Shown here piece after piece: positions 38,981 to 53,239 of a stretch of DNA of 64,000 bases. The notes under the pieces were generated by a model. It made no database searches and was not told the origin of the DNA. It was given only the letters and a program-made list of their open reading frames with translations. The position numbers and the translations under genes were made by a program. Source of the DNA: Lama guanicoe (taxonomy: Eukaryota); contig MU053365.1 of NCBI GenBank assembly GCA_013239625.1, positions 2,142,115 through 2,206,114 of the forward strand, written 5' to 3'. How positions within the stretch are numbered: the stretch's first letter is position 1; each line of letters begins with the position of its first letter.

Positions 38981-39174
38981 AAATTTAACCACTATATAAA
39001 TACATAAACAACAAATTTCTTCTGTTCAGCACAGGGAACTATATTTAATATCTTGTAATAACTTTTAATGAAAACGAATATGAAAAGGAATATACGTATA
39101 TATATGCATGACTGGGACATTATGCTGTACACCAGACATTGACACACTGTAACTGACTATATGTCAATTAAGAA
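38981..39174 (+). mobile_element. Young L1 3' tail
   Basis: agcacagggaactatatttaatatcttgtaataac..tatgctgtacaccagacattgacaca. Confidence 0.85.
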
Positions 39175-39759
39175 AATAAGTACTTGCAATAGACAAGGCG
39201 AAAGATGTTTGTCTTGAATGATAACTCTTGTGACAAGATAAAGCTTGTTGACTTGTGAAATTTTATAGGCACCACCCTCTCCAAATAAAAAGAGAATCCT
39301 ATATGTGCCCTCTTGGTTTCTTCTCACTCTCCCCTCCCCTACAGCCACTTGCTCTCCTCCTTTACCCTGCTGGAGCCTAAGGAGTCTTGCTTTCTTGAGG
39401 GGAGGACAAGTAGACCTGTATTATAGGTAGACAGGTGACAAGTGGAATAAAGAGCAACTATTATTTTTTTTTTTTTTTGGTTGGTTGGTTGGTTGGTTTT
39501 TAATCATGTTGAGTCAGGTTTGGAGTTGGACAGAGAAGTTGACAGTGGGAAAGACTACAGGGCAGATAGAGTTGCAAGGGGATGAAGGAAGGTAAGAAGG
39601 AGATTGTAAGGCATAGTCTCATGGCTTTTGAGTTAGACCTCACATTACCACTCTGCAAGAGAGACCAGTAAAGAATAAAATTATTTTAAAATCTCCTTTG
39701 GGCTGCTGAACGATGCTACTTGCAAGATGATGATGTGCATCAGTGGAATCGAAAAGAGG

Positions 39760-39930
39760 CTCCCATTCATTGAATGCCTTGTATCTCTATTATATGACAC
39801 ACAGAATAGGTATTAGGCTCACATTTCACAGGTGAATCAACTGAGGAGCAAAAGTTCAGTAACTTTGCCAAGGCAACACAAGTCAGTGGTAGAGCTGGAC
39901 TCTGGTCCCAGGGCTACACTCTTCTCACTG
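39760..39930 (-). mobile_element. MIR SINE
   Basis: cacaggtgaatcaactgagg..gtaactttgccaaggcaacaca..tggtagagctgga. Confidence 0.65.
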
Positions 39931-40039
39931 TGTTTCCCAGGCTGCGAAAGGTAGTTTTTATAAGATGATTTTACAAGTGATGAGTTAAGTAACTTACCAC
40001 TCTCCTCTCCGCCCTGTTGCCTTGCAAGCCTTGGGTAAG

Positions 40040-40410
40040 GCAGGCACAATAAGAATAGTGAGGAGGAAATAGATTTGGAAGACATTTGGAAGCAAAATAG
40101 AACTAGGTAATCCATGGCTTGTTGAAGGTGTCGGTGAAGAGTGGAAGATTTTTTTTGAGATAGACAGTACAGCTGTAATCAAGTGTTGAGAAGGAAATGG
40201 GAGGAACAGACTGGGATGTGACAGAGAAAATGCTAGTTTAAGCATGATGAATTGGAGGACTTTTTGGATATCCAGATGGAAATTACCCGAAGGGACTTAT
40301 AAGTGTGGAAACTGAATTTAAGGGAGGGTCAGGGTTGGAGATACTGATGGAGCATCTACATACAGGTGAGAATTATTTTCCTTGGAGTGAATGAGACCAC
40401 CTAGGAACAG
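40040..40410 (-). mobile_element. L2 fragment
   Basis: ggatatccagatggaaat..gtcagggttggagata..ggagtgaatgagaccacctagg. Confidence 0.6.
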
Positions 40411-40583
40411 TATTATAGTTGTCCTTGACCCAGGGCACTCAGAGCTCTAGTAAAGATAAACCTCTGCATCATCCTACAGAACCTTTCAGCTACAGCTTTC
40501 ACCTAACTCAGAATAATTACAAAAATATTTAATAGAGAAAACATTTATTATTTCTGTGGTAGATATGAATGTTAGCACTGTTT

Positions 40584-40932
40584 CTTTAACTATTTTTTTT
40601 TTTACTGAAGTATGTAGTCAGTTTACAACATTGTGTCAGTTTCTGGTGTATAGCATAATAGTTCAGTCATACATACATATATTTGTTTTCATATTCTTTT
40701 TCATTATAGGTTACTACAAGATGTTGAATATAGTTCCCTGTGCTACACAGTACAAACTTGTTGTTCATCTATTTTATATATAGTAGTTAGTATCTGCAAA
40801 TCTTGAACCTCCCAATTTATCCCTTCTCACCCCCGACCCCCCTGGTAACTATAAGTTTGTTTTCTATGTTTGTGACTCTGTTTCTGTTTTGAAAACAAGT
40901 TCATTTGTCCTTTTTTAGATTCCACATATAAG
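40584..40932 (-). mobile_element. Young L1 3' tail with TSD
   Basis: T-run then actgaagtatgtagtcagtttacaacattgtg..ttagattccacatataag; TSD tgttagcactgttt at 40570 and 40933. Confidence 0.9.
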
Positions 40933-41411
40933 TGTTAGCACTGTTTTTAACATAAGTAAACTAGGGAACAGAGAGGGTAGGTAATGTATGGCAATCCACA
41001 GAGCTACTCAGTAGCTGAACTGAGAACTGAAATCAGGCAGTTTGCCTACAGAGGCTGTAGTCTTAACCACTACAAGGCAGCACCTTCCAACCACCAACAT
41101 ACGTTGAAAATGAAATGAAATGGACTCATGGGAATATCATTGTTATTTTCTCAGCAATTTGGAGAGCAAGTTAGGAAACTCCTGAGTTCCTCACTTTTTA
41201 TTTTAGTCTCTGGCCATTCTTATCACATAAGCTGCAACACAACTTATTGGGAAGCCCAAATAAAGGATATGATAAATTGGGGTTAGAGACATTCTCCAAG
41301 GAGACTTAGTAACTAGAAATTTCATGGTGCGACAAAGACTAGGACCAGGCTATATATCAAGTTATGCCTATATAGAGATACAGTTTTGCTATGTGGCTCT
41401 TAGATGCTCCA

Positions 41412-41590
41412 GAGCAGTAGTTCTCAACCCTGGTAGAATCCCCCAGGGAAATTTTCAAAACTACTGATGCCCAGACCCCAGCACACTAATTATATCAAAA
41501 TCTCTAAGTGCTGGGTATAGGCATAAGTATTTCCTAAAAGTCTCCAGGTGATTTTAAGGTGAAATCATAGGTGAGCATCGGTCACTGGGA
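41412..41590. mobile_element. MER5B-like relic
   Basis: cagtagttctcaaccctgg..actgatgcccagacccc..aaagtctccaggtgatt. Confidence 0.65.
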
Positions 41591-42549
41591 TAACCCATGG
41601 CTTTGTTTGACCTGCTTTATGGATATTTACTGCAGAAACCCAAGCGATGTTACAGAAATCACATTCATAAAACTTCACTTGGCAGCCTTGATAGACCCCA
41701 GGAAAGAAGAGTAGCAACTTTATTTGCCCTAGAAGAAAGAGAAACAAATAAATACAATATTTGATTCTAAAACATTAAATATTGCTACATGGTTTCATAA
41801 AAGAACCGTGTGCAGCTACAAAATTACCAACTATAAAATTAGACTCCTCAATCCTCAGAGCAAATGGAATCTTAGTCCCTAAGTGCAGCAGTGCTGGTCC
41901 ATAATGACTGTTATTAGTTTCATCTTTATACTACGAAATATTTCACTTGCACTAGTTATTAGGTTTAAGCAATGCATTCTGTCTCCACAGCTCTTTTTAA
42001 CTCCATGTGGTATTTATTTTATAGCCATCATCTGTGATATGAGCGTGACAGGTGGTACTTATGGAAACATGATAAGCGTTTGCCATCTCTGGGTCTAGTG
42101 ACTGATTTCTTAAGAGGTATTTTTTGGAACTTAAATTCCTTTGGAATCACTGTAGAATTAGATTTGTTTCGTTGCAAATAGAATAAGGATGCCTGTCTCA
42201 GTTTAAATCACTCCTCAAACCAGCAAAATCCTTTTCTTAAATATGTAAATGTCCCAGGCTGTCAGGGGCACTTGGTCAGCCTAGCATCTTCCTCTGATAA
42301 TCTCTCTCCCTCTTCATGCCTTTCTCCTAAGATCTGTAAAGCTCACCGGTGCCCTGAACTCTGTGTTCCTCTTCTGATCAATCTTGGGTAAGTCACATAA
42401 CCTCCCTGAACCTCAGCTACTTGCTTCATAAAATGGGGTTAGTGGTGCCTAAATGGCATGGTTGTCGGGCAAATTAAGAATAATGATTAAAAAGCACAGT
42501 GTCTAACTTAAAGTATGCAGTAATATAGACTATTTGTATTATTCATCAA

Positions 42550-43460
42550 CTCCTTTATTCATTTATTCAACATTTATGGAGCACATTCTATGTGCCGGGC
42601 CAACCATTAACAAAAGACAAAAATTTCTCATCATGGCACAAAAAATAAACAAAACATGTAAGTAAATATAGAGACGATGTTAGATGGTGATTAAATGTGA
42701 TGGAGCAAAACAAATCAAGAAAAGGCAATGGAGAGTACCAAGGAGCAGGTGGGAAAGCAGTTTCAAGTTTAGGTAGGCTATCCAGGAAGGCTTGGTGATA
42801 ATGTGACACTTGAACAGAGACCTGAAAGGATTGAGGAGGGTGTGAGCCATGCCATTAGTTAGAAGAAGAGCAATCCAGGCAGAGGAGCAGCAAGTACAGA
42901 AGCATGCCTTGCATTTTCAAGGAATCAGGGTGCCAGGCTAGCTGTCACACAAAAGCAGCCACAGACAATGCATAAACAAATGGGTGTGGCCATGTTCCAA
43001 TTAAGCTTGACTAGAGATGCTGAAATTTCAGTTTCATGCAACTTTCCTATCATGAAGTTTTCTTTTTCTTTGTATTGTATTATTTTATTTTTTAGATATT
43101 AAAATATGTAAAATAATATGTAAAATATGTTTTAAAAATCTTAGCTCATGGGCCATACAAAAACAGGCTGGAATTGGCCCATGGGCCCCAGTTTGCTGAC
43201 CCTGATCTAGAGGGTCTCAAAGACCATTGTGAAGCTTTCACTGACCGAGGCAGGGAATCTTTGAAGTGTAGAGCAGCCAAGGGACATGGCCTGATTTGCA
43301 TATTAAAAGGCTCCCTTTGGCTGCTGTGTTGAATGGAGGCAAAGGTGGCAGGGATATTATTATACTAATTCAGGCAAAAGGTGACGGTGCTTTGTCTCAG
43401 GATGGTAGTGGGGGAAGTAGTGAGAAGTGGCCAGTTAGTGGATCTATTTGAAGTTCTACC
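42550..43460 (-). mobile_element. L2 split by a MER58 insertion (~42930-43205)
   Basis: L2 3' reverse complement (ttcatttattcaacatttatggagcac). MER58 blocks aaagcagccacagacaat..gtgtggccatgttccaat and agtttgctgaccctg. Confidence 0.7.
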
Positions 43461-43469
43461 CTTAATATG

Positions 43470-44410
43470 TTAAGATTTTTGCATCTATGTGGATTGGCCT
43501 CTATTTTTCATATTATTCTTGGCTTAATTTGTTGTTATAATGCTACTAATCTTGTGAAATGAATGTGTACGTGGGGTGTTCGTTATCTTTGTTTACATTT
43601 ACTGAAGAATTTTGCAAATATTAGGCTTCTCTCTTCCTTGAATGACTGATAACCAATTGTAAAACCATCTGGGAGTGACGCAGGTTTTTTGTTTCTTTAT
43701 ATTGTTTTGCTTTTTGTGGAAAGGCTTTTACTTACAGATTCTATTTCCTTAATGTTTATAAGACAAATCAGATTTTCCATTTCTTCTTGAGTAAATTTGA
43801 TTTCCTTTTTTAGGAATTTGTTCATATGCCACAAATTTTCAAATATTTTGTCATAAAATTATTCATTATATCTTCTCATCATTTTAATCTCTCTAGACTG
43901 TATCCATCACTACATCCCCTTTTTGATTCCCACCATGCTTTACTTACGCTTTCTTTTTTCTTGTTCAATTTCACCAGAGGTTTATTGATTTTTGTCATCT
44001 TTTCGTGAATTAAACATTTGCCTTTGTGGATCTGTTTTCCTATGCAGAAGTTTCTACTTAGGCATTCCTGTTTTAATCTTATTTCCTCCTTCTCCTTTTT
44101 GGGGTTTATTCTATTTTTCTTTTTCTAGCTTCTCGTTGAGGACTCTTGGCTTATTAATTTCAAGTGTGTACTTCTTATAGAAGTTTTCAGACCATACGTG
44201 TCCCTCTATGTAATGCTTGAACTGTGTCCAGTGTTTTGATATGTAAAATTTTCCTCATTGTCCATAGGCATTTTCTAATTAATATTATGATTTATTCTCT
44301 GACCCATGAACAACATGTTTTAAAATGTCTAAGCCTATAAGACTTAATTAGTCACCTACATTTTCAGTGCCTGGATGTGTAATCTATATGATCTCACTTC
44401 TTGAAAAATT
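43470..44410 (-). mobile_element. Old L1M ORF2 relic
   Basis: T-rich antisense L1 blocks (ttttgcatctatgt; gtaaaaccatctggg; caccagaggtttattgattt). Confidence 0.7.
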
Positions 44411-44429
44411 TGTCTAACTTTTTAGACTT

Positions 44430-45240
44430 TGTCATCATCAATAACTGAACTGCCTCTAAAATCTCATTTTCAGTCACCCCATTCACTAACCATCTCCTAC
44501 CTTTCCAACTTACTTGTATTACTGCACCCATTCCAGTGATTCCGTTACTACATAAAGACCTCTAATCCAATCACTCTACCACTTTTTAAACTGTCACCTC
44601 TTGATATTATCCATTCCCTTCTTACCCATAATGGCTTCCACAGCCTAGCACTGTGGCTTGTAACAGACTTACCTTTAACTCCCTTGTCCCTCTTCTGACA
44701 AAGCCAAACACTCCTCAACCCCAAAACTCTGGAACTTTCACATATGCTGCTAAATGTGACTGGAGAAAAATACCAATGACATTGACTCTTCTTACATGAA
44801 ATTAGGGTCACAAATCTCAAATGTGTACTCAGTACGTCCCAAGAATAGAATTCCTCCCTATAAACTCTACTCTCCCCACTTCAATGGGTGATCAATCCTG
44901 GTACCTATGTAAAGTGACACTTAACAGTTACTTCCTGTGCCCTCTTCTCTACTCAAGGACTTTTCTCTTGCAATTAACCCCAGTGTTCTGCACAATCAAT
45001 ATTACATCATATGCTAGATAATACCCTCAGCATGCAGATACAATATAATCATTCCCATCTTTAAAAAGCAAAAGCTCTCTTGGCCCCCCACATCCCTTTC
45101 CATCTCCTGTTTGCTCCCTTTTTGTCTGCTCCCTTTTAAACTATAACTTCTTAAAACTGTCGTCTTTTTCACCAGTCTTAATTGCTGACTTATCCTCTCT
45201 TAACCCTGCTCTTCCAAAAAAATCAGGCTTTTGTCCTCAT
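44430..45240 (+). mobile_element. L2 internal relic
   Basis: Pyrimidine-rich L2-like blocks (accatctcctacctttccaac; ccctcagcatgcagatac). Confidence 0.5.
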
Positions 45241-45844
45241 CTAATATATCTCTCACTTTGGTCATTGACTACAGTGGAGATACATGGATGTGGATTGTTA
45301 GTTGAAAAAAAATTTATAATAAGAATTTATTAACATCTTCACTGTAAAACATGCAATTTTGGTATAGAAGAACAATCTATTTCACTGCCTTTAATTGATT
45401 TAATTTAACATTTATTTCAAATACACTGGATCAAAATATGCCAGGAGGAAAATATGAGTGTACAGTAAAAACCCCTAATGACCTTTCTGATTGTCCTGAT
45501 GCATAGATGCATATTCACAAATGATGTCAGTTTTAAAAATAATTGTGGTTTATTGCTTATCTTCACTAATGCTGCAGCATAAGATTTCTTCAAGGCTGTC
45601 CTCAGGAATTTATGATAATATGTTTTACATGATCTTCTCTTTTAATGATTCCTACTCTTATCCCCAAGTATTTATTCAGCTTGGAAGCATACCAGAGGTT
45701 GAAACTTTATTATTAGTAAAACGCCAGAAAATACTATGAAGCAGGCTCAAAGCCAAGCCTACTCCCAAAGTGGTCTGCGAAGTCTGTGGAAATCCTCCAT
45801 TAAAATGATGCCTCTTAAATAAATACACTTCTAGTTCTCAAAAA

Positions 45845-47050
45845 TGACTACAAACTTACAGTAATCAGGACCATGTGATACTGACCTAACGATAAACAAC
45901 ACATAGATCAATAGAACAGAATTGAGATTCCAGAAATAAACAAATATAGCCAGGGTCAATTGATTTTCAATAAGCATGCCAAGGCCATTCAGTGTGGGAA
46001 GGAATCATCTCTTCAACAAATGGTGCTGGGAGAATTGAATGTTCATGTGCACAAGAATAAATTTGGACCTCCATCTCACACCATATACAAATATTAACCC
46101 CAAATCCATTAAAGATTCACATGTAGGCGCTAAAATTATAAAACTCTTAGAAGAAAACATAGGAAGGAACCTTCATGACTTTGGGTTAGGCAAAAGTTCT
46201 TGTATACAACACCAAAAGCCCAATCCATACAATAAAAAAATGGATAAATTAAACATTTCTACACTTAGACATTTTTAAGAGAATAAAGAAACTTCATTAA
46301 AATTTTAAAGTTTTGTGCTTCAAAGGCATCATTAAGAAAACCAAAAGACAAACCATGCACTGGGATAAAATATTTGCAGATCATATATCTGATAAGGATC
46401 TGGTACCCAGAATATATAAATAACTCTTTCAATTAAACAATAAGTTGACAACCCAATTTAAAAATGGGCAAAGGATCTGAATAGAACTTTCTCTAACAAG
46501 ATATACAAATGATCATAAAGACATGAAAAGATGCTCAACACAACATAGTCATTAGCAGAAAGTAAATCAAAACCATATGGAAATACTACTTCATACCTAC
46601 TGGGATGGCCTTTTATTGCCAAATAGACTTCCAGCACTATATTGAATAGAAGGGTTGAGGGTGAGCATCTTTGCTTAGTTCAATGGAATATTATTCAGCC
46701 CTAAAAAGGGAGGAATCTTGCAATATGTGACAACATGGATGAAATGGAGGACATTATGCTAAGTGAAATAAGTCAGTCACAGAAGGGTAAATATTGCACA
46801 ATTCCACTTATATGAGTTCTCTAAAAAAATCAAATGCAAAAGCATAAAATGGTGGTTTCCAGGGGCTGGGGGAGAGGGAAATGAGGAGTTACCAATCAAC
46901 AGGCATACATTTTTAGTTAAGAAAGATGAATAAATTCTAGAGATCTGCTTATACATGTATCTGCCTATACATAAAAAGATTGTAATTTATACTTGAAAAT
47001 CTGTTAAGAGGGTAGATCTCATGTTAAGTATTCATAACACAAGAAAAAAA
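45845..47050 (+). mobile_element. L1M composite: ORF2 3' region, short inverted piece, L1MA-type 3' UTR
   Basis: ORF 46039 (HLTPYTNINPKSIKD..KLLEENIG); antisense L1 segment at ~46625-46680; tail gagggtagatctcatgttaag. Confidence 0.85.
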
Positions 47051-49129
47051 ATCTGAAACACACACACACTCCAGAGGTCACCATTAGACTGCTCTTTTTG
47101 CCCTACATCCGAACCTGAATCTCAAATCTTGTCTTAGTTGAAGGGAAAAGCCTGGTGTAAGAAACACCTGTGAGTATCATGAAAAAAGTATCCAAAGAGA
47201 ACAAGAAAGCATTCTGCCATCAATGCCTACAGAAGAGCTAATCCAATCGCCAGACATGGGAAAATAGAAAAAGAAGGTAGAGAAGACAGAGATGCCAGGG
47301 CCTCTGGAATTTGGGGGAGCTGGTCCTAGTCCCTCTCTGTTTCAACAGCTTTATGAATATAAAAGGAAGAAAGCAAAGAAGGGAGATGATCTCATCCTTT
47401 TTACCTTACCCTTATCATGGAATCATAGGAAAAGATGTCAAATCCAAGTTCTCTAGGTCTTTGAACAAGGCATATTGACTCCACCCACCATCACCGGAAC
47501 CACTTAGTAACTTTAAATTTGATGAATTTAGATCAACATGCCCCTTCCATGAGGGTGGAAGTAGAGAATCTCTATATCCCTGGAACAATGGTCCCTAACC
47601 AGGGACACTTGTTAACTATGTAGACCCTAGATCAAGAACCTGACAGGGGTGGGGTCTAAGTATCTGCATTTTTTAATATACATTAATGATTCTGATAAAG
47701 CCATAGTCCAGGAAACCAAACTTAGAAAAAAAATTAGATAGTATAACTGGGCAGGGAATGACCTGTTTGCAAATGAATTAAATCATTCCAAAATTGCACA
47801 AGTGAGGGCTTTTCGACTGCATAGAAAATGTTTTCTTTAGAAATGATGGACATGTAATTCATGTTAGACACAGAGGTGATAATGCACTAGGTTCAAAGCA
47901 ATGAAATATAAAGACATTTATAGAGTTACAAAACAATCATTTTAATCTTTAAAGCTTGAGTTTAAAAATTCTGATACTTGTTCATTGAATTACGTATAAT
48001 TCACTGTGTAGGATAGTATAGAAACGTACAGATCTCCCACTCCCTCAGTAAACTCAGAAAATTCAGCATCAGTTCTACAGATCAGCTCTAAAGGTAGGAA
48101 AAGGTAGGAAAAGCGAAGAGATGTTCTGACCCTGAAATGTCTTGCTGTTCTTGTTCAGTCCTTCCCTCAGTGACTCCCTTTATTGAATTAAAACCGTAGT
48201 TGCCATTAGTGTTTCATGATATTTTCTAGTACGTTGAGATCTTATTATCCTGCCAGTTTGAAGGCTACTCCTGCTTCTATTATAATACTAGAATCATTTT
48301 CTCATGCTCACCATAGTCCATTAGTTGGTTTTTAGCTTTTGCTCTTAGTGCTTTTATATTTCTAATTACTTCTTAATGGTTTAAGACCTTATTAATTTAG
48401 TTTTACAAACATATTACTTTAAGTTGTGCTATTTCTGAATAGTCTTAGTTCATAAAAAGAGCCCATACGCATCAGACTAATTATCATCCTCAAAGCACAA
48501 ATGACCCGCATTTAAGCAATGTTTTCTTCAGGGTGCGAAGAAACTGTTGTATCAACGGCAAAGTGATGTCTTGACCATGTGGAGGACAGGTGTTATCTCA
48601 GACCATGTCTCTATAGATTATTGGTGTTCTGTGACCTGAAACCGCAGCTTATTCATTTCAATGAAATAATGGTGACCATGCTAATTTGCAGAAATTTTAT
48701 TAGCTGTAATTTTCTCATTTATATGGTTTTAGCAAAATCACAGTTATTCTTTCCATTATGAAAGTTATATACACTTATTATGAAGAATTTGGAAAACTCA
48801 AAAAGTTGCAATGGCAAAATTCAAAACTGAAAATCACTCTTCCTTTTACAAGCCATGCTGCTGTTGTGACAACCACTGTTAATATATTTGTGCTCATCTT
48901 TACAGTTATTTTTCTACCCATATGTATAAGCTTTAAAACATGGGATTACATTCAATAGGTTGGTATATATCTTACTCTCCATTTAATATTGCAAGAGAAT
49001 TTTAATTTTTCATTATCTTATTTTAAACTCAGGGTGAAAGGCTTGAGTTAATCATATTCCTCAGTTCACTGAATATTTTCATCATTTTGGTCAGTTCAAG
49101 GCTCATGTGTTATTTTATTTTATTTTTAT

Positions 49130-49740
49130 TTTTTCTATTGTATTTATTAACAGATACTGTCTTTTCCATTGGATATATATCTGTTCTCAGAAAATATATA
49201 GTATGGTTGTATGTGTATATGTGGCTTTGATTCACATAACTTGCCTTATAATATAGAACTCATTTAGTCTCTTTTTATTTCACTCAGTGATAAATTTTAA
49301 AGATGTATCTGTGTTGCCATATATAAACCTAAATCATTGCTTCTAATATCTGCAGAGCATTTTTTTTGGCATGAATCCACTGCATTATATTCACTCATTC
49401 CCCTAGTGATGGATATCTAGCCTACAGCTTCTTGCTACCATCCAGAAGCTTGTAATTGGACTCGTAAGAGAGGTTCTCTGAGGCAAACACCTGGAAGATG
49501 TGTGGGCAAACAGGCCCAAACATTTGTTAATTTCACTGACTGTCTTTCTAGAATGGCTGTACCGGGTGATATTCTCACCAGCAGTTTATGTCACTTCCTT
49601 TTTCCCCACATCCTTATCAACATTTGATACTCCCTGGATCTCTAAATTTTGCAAATCTGATAGATATAAAGCAGTATCTCCTTGTTATTTTAATTTCCAC
49701 ATGTCTGATTGCTAGTGAGGTTGAGCATCAGTTTGCTAAT
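49130..49740 (-). mobile_element. Old L1M 3' relic
   Basis: Antisense L1 3' UTR/ORF2 blocks (ccccacatccttatcaacattt; tagtgaggttgagcatc). Confidence 0.65.
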
Positions 49741-49849
49741 TGAGACCTAATCCCCAGCAGGAGGGGCTTCATAGCTAAGTCCCTATATGATTCAGTGGGG
49801 CCAAATTAACCAACACCACTAGAAAACGAATCAAAAATATCCTCCAGAA

Positions 49850-51720
49850 ATTTTTCAGCATTATAGTAGATGTCCTATGCAGTGAAATAAGGAAAGAAAA
49901 ATAAATGCAAGACATACAGATTGGAAAGGAAGAGGTAACACTGGACTGATTCATGATGACATCAGTGTAGAATATTATAAGGAATCTACAAAAAAGCTAC
50001 CAGAAATAGTAAGGAAATATAAAAGGTTTCAGGATACAAGACCAATGCAAAAAGTAAATTGTATTTCTGTGTTAAAAAAAATAGATGGCTAGAAAATTGA
50101 AATTTATGAAGTAATATTTATAATGGCAACAAAAAGCAAGATATATTAATAAAATACATATAATACTGGTGCCTTAAGAACTACAAAACATTGATAAGAG
50201 AAATGTTAAAGACAAAAAATTTTGGAGATATGCCATATTCATGGGTCAGAAGGCTCAACTGTTAACATTTAAATTAACCCCAAATTGGTCCCTCAATTCA
50301 CCACAACCTCAATCAAATGCATGGAATAGTTTGTATAAATTGATAAGCCAATTCTGAAATTTGTACTCAGACACAAAGGACCAAAAATAGCCAAAATAAT
50401 TTTGAAAAAGAACCAATTTGGAACCATAAAGCTATGGTAATCAAGACAGTATAGTATTGGTGAAAGGGACTGAGATTTAAACCAATGGAACAGACTAGAG
50501 ATTCCAGAAATAAACCCAGACATATTGATTTTTGACAAAAGTGCCAAGTTAACTCAATGAGGAAAAACAGTCTTTCTGACAAATGGTGCTGAAACAATAG
50601 GAAAAAAAAATTAACTTTGACCCTTATCTCACAATATACACAATTTTTTGAAACAGATGACAGGCCTAAAAGTAAAAGCCAAAGCAAAAATTTCTTGAAG
50701 AATTCTTAGAAGAAAATCTTCATAACCTTGGCTAGGTATATTCCTTAGATAGAACACAACAAACACAGAGCAAAGGAAAAGGAAAAAATGGACAGATTGG
50801 ACTTTATCAATATAAAATCTTCTGGTATTGAAAAGACACTGTTAAGAAAGTGAAAAGGCAAGTTGCACACTGGGAGAAAATATTCACAGTATATATTTCT
50901 GACAAAGAATTAGCATCCACAATTCATAAAGAAGCTCTATAAATCAGTAATAAGAAGACAAGCAACCTAGTTAAAAAATGGGCAAACTATTTGAATGTGT
51001 ACCTCAGAGAAGAAGCTGTATGAGTGACCAACAAGCACAGGAAAAGATGTTCAACAGCATGAGGGAAATTCAAATTAAACCCACAATGAGATACTTCTAC
51101 ACTCATACTAGAATAGCTAAAATTTGAAAAGGCTGACAACTCCAAATGTTGGTGAGAATGTGGCTTAACTGGAACTCACTGTGGGAAAAGAAAACAGTTT
51201 GGCAGTTTCATATAAAGTTAACCATACACTTATTATACAGCCTAACAATTTAATGCCCGGATATTGACCTAAGAAAAAGGGAAATACATGTCCAAAGACT
51301 TGTTCATGAATATTCACAGCAGTTTTATTCACGATAGCTAAAAAATGGAAACAAACCAAATGCCCGCCAACAGATAAGTAAATCAATTGTGGCGCATACA
51401 CACAATGGAAAATACTCAAAAACAGAAAGAAATGAACCAGTGATACTTGCAACAACCTGGCTGAATCTCAGAAGAACTTGGATAAATCAAATAAGCTAGA
51501 AAAAATTGTCTACCATATGATTCCATTTTTATGAAATCCATAAAGAGTTTAAACTATCATGAGGGAAAGCAAATAAGTGGTTGCCTGGGGCAGGAGGTGA
51601 GGGAAGTGCATTGTCTTGCAAAAGAGCACCAAGGAATTTTTCATTTAATGATATGGTATTCTTTGTCTAAATGATGGTGGTGGTTACCCAAGTATATAAA
51701 TTATACCTCAATAAAACTGA
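49850..51720 (+). mobile_element. L1MB/MC-type element, ~1.9 kb degenerate ORF2 + 3' UTR
   Basis: cagattggaaaggaagaggta..aatagccaaaataattttgaaaaag..aaatggtgctgaaacaa..tacctcaataaa. Confidence 0.9.
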
Positions 51721-52539
51721 CAAAAATAGACTGTGGATTGACTTGACAATAAAGAACACAATAAAAGATAAAACATCACCACAACAAGACTGAGTTGGGA
51801 AAAAGATATCTTATGAACAGCCCAAAAGTCTGGGATTATTTAAACTATTTTACTGGACTGAAGAATGAAGCAAACTAGACATTTTATAAACATTCAGTTT
51901 TGAGGAAAAAATCATAATTACAAAGCAAGTTGAAAATTGTGTATGTGTGTGCACACACATATGTGCATACTTGTGCGTGTTTCCCGGAGTAGAGTGAGTT
52001 GTAAATTAGCAATGTGGTTATTCAATTAGCAAAAGGGGGTTTCAGTGATTATACTGTAATCTAGGGGAAAGAAAGATGAAGACAGCTACATAGATGAATA
52101 ATACTTGAGTCTTCTTGATAAGAAATGGTGAAATATATGCATATTAGAAATAACACAGAGAGAAAAACACATTCTAATGTCCTCGAAAGCAAAATAACTA
52201 GGCTTGATCCTTGCAACAGTGCAATTTTTCTATATAATTCAAGAGAGCAAAAATATGATTCATGCCTGAGACTGAAAAGTTCAAACATGGCATCTGTCAT
52301 CGGTGATGCCAAATAGTGTATAAATATGCTACTGAGGGGGTAACCCACAAATGTCTCTATGTTTAACAATTCTATTTTTTTGTTAAGGGATTTTAGATAA
52401 GATCCTCAAATAACCTTTTTGTGGAAAAAAACATGATCATTTAGTAAAGGGAGGGAAAGAGTCCTGCCACCTGTGACCAGAAAAATACATTATGAAAATT
52501 CTCTCCTCAAAGATAGAACATCTTTTGAGTATCAAAATA

Positions 52540-52569
52540 CACACACACTTATGCACACACACGCATGCG

Positions 52570-52607
<38 letters not shown>
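52540..52607. repeat. Compound (CA)n/(CG) microsatellite
   Basis: Direct observation. Confidence 0.9.
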
Positions 52608-52609
<2 letters not shown>

Positions 52610-53239
52610 CTGTTAATGTATATAACACACTTTATACCCAGGATGCCTTTGTAAATGGCATACCATGAAACCTATGGTGATGGCTATATCTCTCATTTCA
52701 ATGAAACTTCCTTATTTTAATGCACTCTTTGTTGGCTTGCTGTTTTATGCTTCTCATTTTGGTATCATTTTTCTTTTACTATTTTGCTTGGCTCCCTCTT
52801 CTCTTGTCCAATCTCTACTACCCCTAGGAACTCAGATTGAAAACCTAGCACATATTCTCCTACATTTTTCTCCAAGTCCACATGATCATATACAAAACTA
52901 CCTTTGCTAATCATACAGAGAGGTAGTTTTTATCACCATCTTATAAAAATTGATTATACATAACTTGGGGATATTTTTCACTTAAAGGGACATGGAATCT
53001 TCCCAGTTCACCACCCAATAAAGCTCTAATTTGTTCATTTTGATGGTTTTATAATAAGCCACAGGGTAGATGACCCATAATTTAGTTAACCATTTTTGTA
53101 TTGTTTATTGTGTTTCCTAAACACACACACACACATACATCCTTAAAAACGGGGGCTTTTCTATCTGTGGGGTAGAATCACCATGAGTGGAATTGATAAT
53201 TGGAGGGGAATATAAAAACAAACAGAAACACACACACAT

